From the NCBI GenBank assembly GCA_963621145.1, contig CAVFDI010000001.1, positions 79,066-143,065 of the forward strand: a stretch of 64,000 bases of DNA. The letters are read 5' to 3'. Of the stretch, positions 23,801 to 26,548 are shown one piece after another. The stretch comes from Paludibacteraceae bacterium. Its GTDB lineage: Bacteria > Bacteroidota > Bacteroidia > Bacteroidales > Paludibacteraceae. The translations under genes were made by a program, and so were the position numbers. Every line of letters starts with the position of its first letter. Position 1 is the stretch's first letter. Under the pieces are notes generated by a model. That model made no database searches. It had not been told where the DNA came from and saw only the letters and a list, made by a program, of their open reading frames with translations.

Positions 23801-24495
23801 TGCCGTACAAGGTTACTTCGGGCATGCCTACGCAGTACACCATCATTCCTGTGGGCAATTCGCTTACGGCTGGATTCGATAGCGTGAGCGAGGCGGCTCT
23901 TGGGTCGGAATACATCTTCGTAACTCTGCCTAACCAAGTGGCTTCGGGCAACTACGAGGTTGTGATTCGCCTGACTAACGCTAATGGTTGCGGCAGCGCC
24001 GACTATCGCGTGAAGTTCTATGTGGGTCAAGACCTGATAGAAGAGGCGTGGTCCGATGTGCTGATGTGTAAAGACTTGAACCATGAATTTACCTCGTATC
24101 AGTGGTATCGCAATGGCGACCGCATAACGGGTGCAAACTTGCAATACTATTCTGAGACGGGCGGCTTCAATGGCGACTACTACGTAGTGGCTTACCGCAG
24201 CGATAGTTCGGAGGTTACCTCCTGCTCGAAGTCGGTTACTACGAAACAGAATGTCGGCGTATCGCCTAACCCAGTGCAGCGCTATAGCAAGTTGCAGGTC
24301 GAGGCTCCGTTTACCATCGACGAGCTGTTTGGCGCACGCCTCGAGGTGGTCGATGCTATCGGACGCACCATCTATGTGGTCGATAAGGTTGAAGCCGAAA
24401 ATTCGCTCTTTGTCAGCTACCCAGCGGGCGTCTACATGGTTCGCATAAGCTTGACCAACGGCGAAGTATTCACCGAGAAGTTTGTGGTACAATAA
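2824..24495 (+). CDS. giant (7,223 aa) secreted repeat protein: signal peptide, roughly 90 two-cysteine Ig-like modules and a T9SS type-A C-terminal sorting domain; probable surface adhesin
   Basis: Uninterrupted 21,672-nt ORF. Modules recur with C-x-G...L-T-A-x-G...Y-x-W...T-T-T-Y-x-V...G-C. The C-terminus reads SPNPVQRYSKLQVE...GVYMVRISLTNGEVFTEKFVVQ. The protein is Thr/Gly/Val/Ser-rich. Confidence 0.9.
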   Translation: MKRFSLSFAAVVVSLLSIAPLANAQTTFTPIVTPSNEVCANEGVTLSLTPNDGGTYQYNWKWTDGTGNTNNRKDQQTITDNPSATTTYEWWAYDEYSDLAGHGTVSVNVNSAPTVTADPSTYYVVSGGNVTLKVSGNALAKSFEWTAADGTVQASTTDELNLTNVTEDTQYSVVAVGAKGCKSKSVTVKVVTFDVEASNKTVCYGEQVTLTAKSNGAAKFYWDDGFVGQTHTVTPTGTPTTTYTVTIKDANDALMATQQIEVNVIAKPVVTLTPDETNICAGKTVTIVATNNTGHKGTYTWSEASVSGNSLTVEPTITTTYWVKFKDATTDCESDKTYCTINVSQTGSASINGANSTCVNTPIELTVSGGTPQRWFDENGIDITMPYTPTSVGTKTIYCIVKDANGCEVKAQKTITVAPALSPTIYGNFEICVGESATLSVSTDGATYLWSNNSTEQSITVSPTSDASYWVDVTKNGCTARKEQKVTVHAKPTINITGGTTICKGSTAVVTAVATGGSGSYTYAWSDEPSTINATLRVAPTTTTTYKVTATDAVTGCSSEKSVTIVVESNTPPTILGPTTVCKGVDFTLTASDGDSFAWDDDASTTKASMTASLTTDRTYTLTVKKGSCTYTVQHKVTVEDGPVGEITGETSICKGGSTKLTAPAGTSYTWSTGSTEQSITVTTAGTYWVEVKKGNCTLHKDITITVNTPTDASISTPDGLTLCANNELGLKLVASEGKAYKWSPTGETSQEITAKPTSTTLYSVTVTDAHGCESTASVLVTVVDDPTELALNASKTTVCKGENVILTVLNAPAGSTISSNDGNVTGNVVTHTASISKTVTVKVKSGTCEYVLTKDITVLDAPSGTITGTTSFCQGGSTVLAAPVAPAGQVYTYLWNTGETSSTITVSAVGDYYVTVSNGSCETKLPAVTVTENVPVAPTITASKTTICAGETITLTASNYGAITGWNDGIQNLGNAQVISVSPTTTTNYELVVTDANGCEAKAYQQIVVSAPIDVTLTGDNSVCEGGSISVTVSGAPSGSTYSWSTAGTLSNGDATLTFTPNVNDAAVSVTVTPPAAKGCAVTKTFSFTVTPAPTGNITGVTSICNGGSTTLYAPAGPAGTTYKWNNGATTQSITTPALFKNTTYSVDIVYPTGCTLSPTPVIVKINAAPTGTITASSDVVCVGEQVELTVTSATATGWSWSNGTTGTNKAYYTPTTSGNVQYYVDITANGCTERVSKNITVVDKPVAAIDKSASTSSFCEGEQVTVVATGGTRYELNGQTSTTGVFLLNPTATTTYTISVFNENGCESLVTHTVTKLAPTAEPSIVANGSLELCVGDSRTLSINNGTVVNWIDGTSTPNYIYTATSADLGTKTITAKVNDLNGCSKSVSLEFVVTEIPSVAITTTNETICKGEKVTLTATPGLASYSWESGEKTQEIIVSPSITTTYVVTGTNAGGCSSTAKITINVATPDAVSISGPVTACPGESVTLSAVGGKAWNWSHGLGTSNTATFNAATTTTYTCEITDSKGCVTKVSHTLTVKETPTPTVSGNLKVCKGLNTTLSASTADAYEWKKGATVLSTASTLTLTNVQSSEDYTLTVTVNGCQASTSFRVTACENPTDAAIVGKDKVCEGESVTLTAVGNGTYSWSTGATGSEITVMPTAANHIYQLTVTDMNGCTQMVQKNITVSPTPSVTIDGPTEVCAGQSVTLSASGTGTFLWDDGTTTTATLKVTPSVTRAYKVTLTDGSGCTVTASHTVTVKTLTAPKISAAKTDVCKGDKVTLTATGETGCTFTWPDLGRTGASIETYPTTTTTYKVTATNATGCTADGYITINVHEQPTVAVTVTKAAICAGESTTITVTGGTEYTCNGETNTSGIFNVSPTKTTPYNIVVKNSAGCTTTTSQTITVNELPTISVSGVDKACAGELISLTATGGTEYLWSNGMTSQTATYTVSGTGTMSVWVKGKNASGCWSGQVAHNITINAKPTIAVSGTMDICVGKSTTLTASGASTYVWTWLGGSAMGNTLNVNPTATTVYKVVGTDANGCVGETSVTVNVYPEPTVTITGPTEVCEGGEITLTANGTGTFLWNTGESSQQIKVSAAGTYSVTLTGEGGCISKAEYVVKQKSIIAKINDVIDGVSTICEGSDIILTASGGNAYKWDNGLGTNATVTVKPTTSTTYWVEVTDASGCSKRVSHTVKVTPKPTLTVVGNTTICYGETANITVSGAKTYVWSDGIGTGASIKVSPVSTSTYTVTATDENGCVATQDVKIEVIPTPVASIKASKTTVCEGESVTLTADGGDNYVWGDGSTGASITVTPTAPSTTYKVTAYKNGCASAEVSQVITVNALPTVTIKPSATTVCKGEEVTLTASGATSYEWSTGEKTQAITVTVNSDATYSVIGTQNGCQGTASQSIKVATPPTINISSNTGKLYICNGESITLTASGANTYTWSGGLGNTASITVTPTADTEYEVEGVSANGCKAKEKVKVIVYDKPNPKITGNTEICEGDYTILTADDANAVAWEWNTGAKTKSINAYQAGTYTVTVTGKGGCTSTATAIVTYLTPINGSISGPEIVCKGENVTLTASGGKTYQWDENTAESEKLVLTNIQVSGTHWVTITGANGCTQRLGHSIIVNEPPTLSITGNQTFCEGGSTTLTAVGTGDVLWNTGSTNRSITVSAEGDYTAKLTDANGCSTSQTVHVTRNPLPVAIITGPTKTCEGEPVTLSVSGAESYTWSTGATGQSITVQPTTTTTYTVTPKTGLCIGDPASFTITVNKKPVITFSGDLEICAGTKAVITADADGADQYVWGDGSTGATYTTAVLESNTTFTVTATNTTTNCSAQKQVTVIVNPKPEISISGTTSVCAGESTKLTASPSGATYAWSNGSTSRTATFSNLISDEDYWVDVTLANGCTNRLNGTIKVYDMPAAEITTNTGTNTVCRGESITLTASGGNTYLWTHDGTRSASVTVTPTKDSKYTVKVIGDGNCSSTASINIQVLDVPEAAIVADKTTVCEGDNVTLSANDGVKWQWYKGNAEIAGATGQHYTINSASYGTTTYKVVVENAAGCSTTASYALAVSRKPDATISGDLDICSGTSTTLTAPLSDSYLWSTGETTRSITVTPSATTDYSVTVTVGDCSATGVATVNVNPLPMVTLTPDDPTVCVGNSTILRAGTGFKYYKWSTGQEGPNLSSIGISPTENTVYTVTVTDAKGCTGVAQTTIAVTQVAAPTITVLSGSETVCAGEEVVLQSSAAKEYQWSSNVEVSQQSEQTVVVYPTQTSVYTVTTTNKAGCQSSKDITINVTKLPTPTITGADNMCKGDMTGVELTASSDVPGATFIWSTGDNTANIIVKPSKTTTYRVWASNGKCKNSTPAEFTLKVNDAPAAAITGKSAICLGESVTLEATGGVTYLWQNIEGSAKTLSKITVSPTQTTKYVCTVTDDHGCTKDASFEVVVNPLPKPSITGKNKICRGGSTTLAATGGNSYLWSTGETTKEIIVNPAYTTTYTVEASNANGCTSEATFTVEVVQEPKVHIDGPTVSCSGTPVTLTVTPDDSRTYTCIWKHNNSTKLAEAVNPTSSTTYEVEVFDGECSKILTHTVTVNKLEDPKIDGPAQICLGESTTLSVANVPNNFVSYQWSTGETTQSIEVKPAVVGMSTYTVTCTDANECTSEATIDIVVSALPDATITASTDVLCEGDNSVTLTASGAGISGKYNWYEDELATVLLAGGEGTPTYTFNDLTYTKKIYVVAISKLGCKSAPKEYELVVTPKPNPTITSSVPANVICTGGTVELSVSDPDPDVTFVWSDGTEGAHMTATAPGEYRVTATNVAGCTQDASITLIEEALPDAKITPSIIAGTGAGVAEENIARICAGTRLKLTATPQATPTLTYTYKWNTGSIASEIMVNPTASTTYSVVITSASGCEQTATIEVKVNEFVTIEGKTEVCAGMPYVLNAIGNNLSYYEWTRNGEKLPKYDGVASIDCVDSVPAGQMSAEVTYGVKCIYDNNCETDTTITVKVYAKPSDLTINGIGGVDAMDSVCVESAKQLSVIPTGGSSLTGATYKWTGSGITDETAATQTITPTTVGQETYSCQITMPGGCDTTVNIILKAVALPELAACPDTTICFGTEAQLYLTAKNNCPDGTTITWTSDNGGGGASGDVVRVAPTTTTTYTVTAKTPAPLGCSTTQTVTVTVIPQQQPTVTPSPALICLDAAGISEDDLNLTTEDTDSEGRTYKAYKWYAEDDPTTIIGTSNAITVPKANITATRTYVVEVTTQEGCTALGSVEVPVSEKPSVSIKGETQVCEGKSLVLQAESPINVTRYEWTTNDDPNTVFATTQSVTVWPTTTVNTYYLTVYNDKGCRFEVNPGHNVTILKAPKPQIAADHNPICEGDDVILTASDLNSGTCTVVWDDNSTNPVRKIIGLTSTTTYNVTLTNENGCVEQVEFTVDVNPLPKLKITGNTQVCVGDSVLLSVEDANGVDNKYSWTGGAWREATDKGSVNNSKVWVYPTNVVDSTEYCVTSVDVNSCNSKQVCHKILAFAKPIAMINGKQMATDTICVGQSLILEATGGSKFKWSTNAESQQITTPIYNSVNTYIFWVDVYNEANCVQRDSIWVKVMPKPNAYIESVSPATQVCEGTTVTMRASDAPSGSRYTYAWTNNTGETIENANQQEISVTPTITTAYKLVITDVETKCEKEILQTIYIDPKAKVNFTATPDTICEGDVFSIEIEGDVSGQAIAWEQLKNGTAQDVSSWAGMTSIVDSPTASEYIYRATLTNKVTGCLTVLERRLVVVRVPKAGIQIVNKTTSTVCQGDPVELQAWNDEGKYSTAENVQFVWMIGDDTIAPLNQRKIIVYPRTTTTYTVVMQSLVNGCTSSRDTTINVLEIPHVNIVEPDNQVICEDEEISFTLEGVLAEYGVAWHKYDRGTEVASWAKNGVTTVTDKPTKSEYDYKVVISNPLGCDTTIVRHLRVNSVPRPGIKFPGAKQDTICEGEEAWLQATNTEGSWSTMYYTYGWLNHGDTLTHDDYTLKLKPTKTDNYTFYIIDKASGCRRTIDTTVVVLPIPRVELSDPGTLLCEGEMYTLDLSSELPLTDANITWTKTDSYSVTLDTKSDIVTYSDKPTAGDYTYTVVVANANKCDTTIVRKLKVSSVPQPYILIGDGTGDTICEGDQVKLIGQNMKSNYNFTDYPVAWIVGNDTLQKDQTQLLHKPQKTTTYKFVVTNAATGCFIAVDTTIFVKARPATKLNVKLPSGSTDNTICKGESISMQIVDTVANNTDGLHVQWKRNGVIVTEWANKFDIVNYTPDDDESYVITVDNGRCPIVLNYDLKVNYLPDPTVELRSGSRVNCAGTRVDIGGAQNQDLDSRYVYEWTTVPVGEVIANPHDKDIAVYPYTTTTYVYTVTDTQTGCSRSDSIAITVNQRPKVTLEVVYPEGTEGNLICQTEPVTLRLRGETDSLKTLWFVNQIPQAEWADKLSITDAPSNERNDYTVKVYNANCELQIDTTILVSKVENPKIYSVGDITTICEGTKVELKALDPQITTMVNGKNINDYRWTSSNPKEVLENPTNQNILVYPKTTTTYTYTTTNLLTGCSRFDTLRIVVNLKPEAKFEVAYGANITADSTICAGDPVTLRVTSNDSGNLYTKWYANEHEVPDWENKLTITDVCPDSTVIYRVAVSNDYCEADRLEQTVKVKFVPNPTIDILRGGYTMCEGQQLLLVAKAAQRQDLGFKYQWLSSSPNDQISDSTGQSLTVYPTGITTYTYVITDPATGCSRTGQIQINVNKKPDVRLVTGSNTLAKDTLICGGNPVTLRVDGDLKNLTFAWYKNDLVQPGTSSTYTDTPESNAKYYVIVTDTTTGCETSQGDLAVDVEVNIMPVPTIELVGAGVTNHVCKGTTITLQAKEDQAHDVNKYRYQWSGGGKSSLGSTQSINVKPDVTTTYMYTVRNLITGCTRSVDTTIYVYDVPKVTLSSSIEQGYEDSYCAGDPVTLSVTAGEGTNADDLQYTWLRNNEVIAGATTNTLIDYPMGTADNVNDTIYTYEVVVQNKSSHCQADPTGLKYSLTVKPLPVPTITAFDNNGDVIEKNQTVCPDRDIRLQGTHLSGKLFRYTWYSQNQTDPDITATDKPNEVWVSPSQTTTYTLEIENLETGCKRTTTHTISVLATPKIKIISTAKQDDGKSVACVNDPDITLKVVQADGSEIDDFKFNITWLDDLGNDLGGTADITLTADAVSTHTYTVQVENVPGATGLKCPVVATHVVDIQTAPTDITIDAYTNDGRTLLTEKEYVCAGEPVLLEAKKQDKMTYEWRDEWGTVYTGDNNSRTFTVNPQKTTVYTVKVTNMGGCSYEVSRKILVNPKPTVTISGPTSFCLEEVGKSFTLKATSNPYSKNYTTIVWTYEVDGGTNTFEGQSIEYAPQKAGTYKFTVVARHESNSTICESDPVTYQVIVAGVPQVGTKDLKVVSSLDSTANACVNTRFEIEATPGYTKYVFGTTDRVVYTPKQESDKNTFNDVVKSEGSWIYYCDFYNAAGCYSRQEIDIEVNPMPDNVTITPTAVNGVLNNYKSEGEQPEVVVCEGTSLKLNANATGKTNSYSWIDSDGKTHPSQQEISVTPSHTTTYTVSVTNLSGCLVTSRFTVKVVPMDKLTLTANNTNDSLAICAGSKDKVTLRVTGSSASTYDYRCPSTGAYYLSKPASIQIPAPQSDEVWFVYASSSANSSYGTSCQSEASVKIHVLNNPDNTKGSIKVNGGESFTVCAGSTVTLTGDHADAVTYLWSTGEVKPSIQVLMPNYEKDTTITFWAIGRNALGCDNTQDTMKLQLFVRMQPEPKIVSETICYEQQPLRLEAGDKVLTYRWYDENGNEVSRKYYCEIKHDTAGIYNYKLTARNDAGCETTITVSVTVRPFEANISGLTYLCSGNSTKLWVDGCSLAAGYQFRWTFAGEIFSTVDTVTVSRLGTYGVEVTTPWLTSAVGTIEVQQSETPNVKFTTPQPACQGDRYAMLPYKVTSGMPTQYTIIPVGNSLTAGFDSVSEAALGSEYIFVTLPNQVASGNYEVVIRLTNANGCGSADYRVKFYVGQDLIEEAWSDVLMCKDLNHEFTSYQWYRNGDRITGANLQYYSETGGFNGDYYVVAYRSDSSEVTSCSKSVTTKQNVGVSPNPVQRYSKLQVEAPFTIDELFGARLEVVDAIGRTIYVVDKVEAENSLFVSYPAGVYMVRISLTNGEVFTEKFVVQ
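2900..23740 (+). repeat. array of diverged ~75-80-aa (~230-240 nt) Ig-like modules; boundaries approximate
   Basis: Protein-level periodicity read from the translation. Copies are strongly diverged at the nucleotide level, and I noticed no long exact DNA repeats. Confidence 0.8.
16939..21890 (+). repeat. supra-repeat zone of about nine alternating A/B module pairs
   Basis: A type: ICEGD..W....W..K..I.D.P....Y.Y.V.V.N..C...L.V..VP.P, without T-T-T-Y. B type: C.G..V.L.A...Y.W....I.VYP.TTTY.Y...D..TGC.R.D. They alternate from KAKVNFTATPDTICEGD onward. Confidence 0.7.
24253..24492 (+). other. T9SS type-A C-terminal sorting domain (Por_Secre_tail-like)
   Basis: VGVSPNPVQRYSKLQVEAPFTIDELFGARLEVVDAIGRTIYVV...YPAGVYMVRISLTNGEVFTEKFVVQ has the typical xPNP start, G-x-Y-hydrophobic strand and K-hydrophobic terminal strand. 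Confidence 0.8.
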
Positions 24496-24521
24496 TGCTA
24501 AAAGGAAATTTTCGATAAGAT

Positions 24522-25427
24522 ATGAAAATTCAGAAGAAAAGAATGGCGCTTGCCGCTTGCCTATTGGTGGCGGCAAGCATAGCCGCTCCAGCCAAAACAC
24601 CAGCCTACATCGACCTTGAATTGGGCGGCGGTGCAGTGATGATGCCTTATAGCAATACTGATTATGGTATTTTTTCGGGCGGTAATTTCGATTTAGGAGC
24701 AAAATACTCGTTGCTTTTCCACCCGCGCAAAGGTTGGGGCGCAAGTTTTGGATTGAATTTTAGCACTTTTCAGGGAACGAAGGTGCTGAATGCAAGCCTC
24801 ACCTCGCCTGCTATCGACGACCAAGGACGCAGTTATGTGCTTTTTGCCGATGTGGCCAACTGGACCGAGCGTCAGCAGCAGTATTCCATCTCCATTCCAA
24901 TTAGCATCTTCTATCAGCATCAGCGTCCGCGTCACTCGGGCTGGTTCACATCGTTTGGTGTGAAACTCTATCTGCCGTTCTACACCGATTATCGCGTTAC
25001 GCAGGGCGACATTGTTACTAAGGGCTTCTACACGCAGTGGGGTGGCACTTACGACTACAATGGCGAACAGGGAGTGCTGATACAGTCGCTGCCGCAGCAC
25101 GGTTTCGGACAATACAACACGCTGCTGCCCAAAGGCGAAAATAAGGCCAATTTCTTGCTAACTGGTCAGGTGATGTTTGGCGCCATTCTGCGTCTCGACA
25201 AGAAAAACGAGATGTATTTGGCACTCTACATCGAGCATGGCTTCTACGACATGTACATCAATCGCGATGCGAAGGGCTTGTTCTCAACGATTCAGAGCCT
25301 CAATTCGTATCAGTACAACGGCTACTATTCGAGCCTTGCTACCAAAACCATACCAGCAATGTTTGGCTTGAAAGTGGGTTGGCGCTTCAAAGACGTGCAC
25401 GATTGTAACTGCATACGCCAACAGTAA
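24522..25427 (+). CDS. outer-membrane beta-barrel protein (porin-family-like), probably co-transcribed with the giant gene
   Basis: Signal peptide MKIQKKRMALAACLLVAASIAAPA, alternating amphipathic strands and a near-terminal GLKVGWRF strand. It starts 26 nt after the giant-gene stop, and a terminator follows. Confidence 0.7.
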   Translation: MKIQKKRMALAACLLVAASIAAPAKTPAYIDLELGGGAVMMPYSNTDYGIFSGGNFDLGAKYSLLFHPRKGWGASFGLNFSTFQGTKVLNASLTSPAIDDQGRSYVLFADVANWTERQQQYSISIPISIFYQHQRPRHSGWFTSFGVKLYLPFYTDYRVTQGDIVTKGFYTQWGGTYDYNGEQGVLIQSLPQHGFGQYNTLLPKGENKANFLLTGQVMFGAILRLDKKNEMYLALYIEHGFYDMYINRDAKGLFSTIQSLNSYQYNGYYSSLATKTIPAMFGLKVGWRFKDVHDCNCIRQQ

Positions 25428-25447
25428 GATTGTAGGCGATAAAACCA

Positions 25448-25483
25448 AAAAGAGAGCAGGCTTGTGATGGCTTGCTCTCTTTG
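25448..25483. terminator. bidirectional hairpin terminator between convergent genes
   Basis: aaaagagagca / tgctctcttt stem (~10 bp) with T-rich flanks on both strands. Confidence 0.6.
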
Positions 25484-25519
25484 AATATTTGGCATTTGTC
25501 TATTCCGCTGGACTCATTA

Positions 25520-25861
25520 CTACCCGATTTTACCAACGTGCGCTGTGCCGTTAGAAGCCTTCAGAATGTCTGCATCGTTGGCATAGTTGCGCGTGAGTTT
25601 GTTGTTGGTTGTGCCATAATCGCTGTCGTCGCAGTATTTTGTCATGGCATTGTAGGTGGTGCCGTATTTGTAACTGCTCCACGAATAGGTACTTTTCGTG
25701 TACTTTTCGCCCCATGCATAACGGTTGCCAGTGCCTTCGGGCTGCGATGCGCCCACATTGCAGGTTGCCCACCGAACGCTCAAACCAAGGTCGACCGAAG
25801 TTGCCGCCTGTGCAGCGACCGACAGCGCAATTGCGGTAAAAAGTGTAGTGATTTTTCTCAT
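25520..25861 (-). CDS. small secreted protein, possibly a 3'-truncated remnant
   Basis: Signal peptide MRKITTLFTAIALSVAAQA, then DLGLSVRWATCNVGA...YAWGE. From memory this motif pair begins larger Bacteroidales secreted proteins. The ORF stops at ...TAHVGKIG followed by two stops. Confidence 0.5.
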   Translation of the reverse strand: MRKITTLFTAIALSVAAQAATSVDLGLSVRWATCNVGASQPEGTGNRYAWGEKYTKSTYSWSSYKYGTTYNAMTKYCDDSDYGTTNNKLTRNYANDADILKASNGTAHVGKIG

Positions 25862-25974
25862 GACAAAAAGGGAAAAATGGTTACAACAAATCTTCGCCCG
25901 TGTTTTTGCGAGGCGCTCCCAAAAGATTCTGAACTACGTTTTCGGTGTTTTTTTATTGCCGAAAAGATTGACAA

Positions 25975-26391
25975 TTACTCTTTGTAGGTGTACGGTAGCG
26001 TTACCTTTTCGTCATCCACATTTGTGTATGTAACGATGATTTTGAGCATGGTAATTCCAGAGCTAAGTTTCTCAGGAACGCCCAATTCGTCTCTAACACG
26101 TTGGTCCGCACTTTGGGCAGCATGTTCTACTTTCTGTTTGACCTCCTTCGCATTGCTTTGCTGACGCATAATTACTGCGTTGTTCAACTCCTGTGGGCGT
26201 GTGCCAATTTTGGAGAGTTCTTCCATGAATAGTTCTTGCACATCGTACAACGTTACGCCTGTAGAACCTGAACCATTGGTGCTAGAATAATTAATTTCTG
26301 ATGTCATGCTCACTACAATGTCTTTCGATATGGTCTCCTCGCATGCAGTGAAACCAATCAACGCTGCGCAGCACACGGCCGCAAAAATCAT
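25975..26391 (-). CDS. hypothetical lipoprotein
   Basis: MIFAAVCCAALIGFTAC lipobox-like signal. No family recognised. Confidence 0.55.
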   Translation of the reverse strand: MIFAAVCCAALIGFTACEETISKDIVVSMTSEINYSSTNGSGSTGVTLYDVQELFMEELSKIGTRPQELNNAVIMRQQSNAKEVKQKVEHAAQSADQRVRDELGVPEKLSSGITMLKIIVTYTNVDDEKVTLPYTYKE

Positions 26392-26478
26392 CTTTTTTAT
26401 GTCGTAAAAAATTAAGGGGTTAATAATAGAATGAACACTATCTAAAATCGTGTTGATATAGTTTTATTTTTCTGCTGA

Positions 26479-26486
26479 CAAAGTTA
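26479..26486 (-). promoter_or_regulatory. -7 box (TAACTTTG on minus strand)
   Basis: Plus-strand caaagtta, 88 nt upstream of ATG 26391. Confidence 0.45.
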
Positions 26487-26548
26487 GAGAAAAATTTCAT
26501 TTATCCAAGAGATTGAGCAAAAAAGTGTAGTTTTTAACTTTTCACTCC

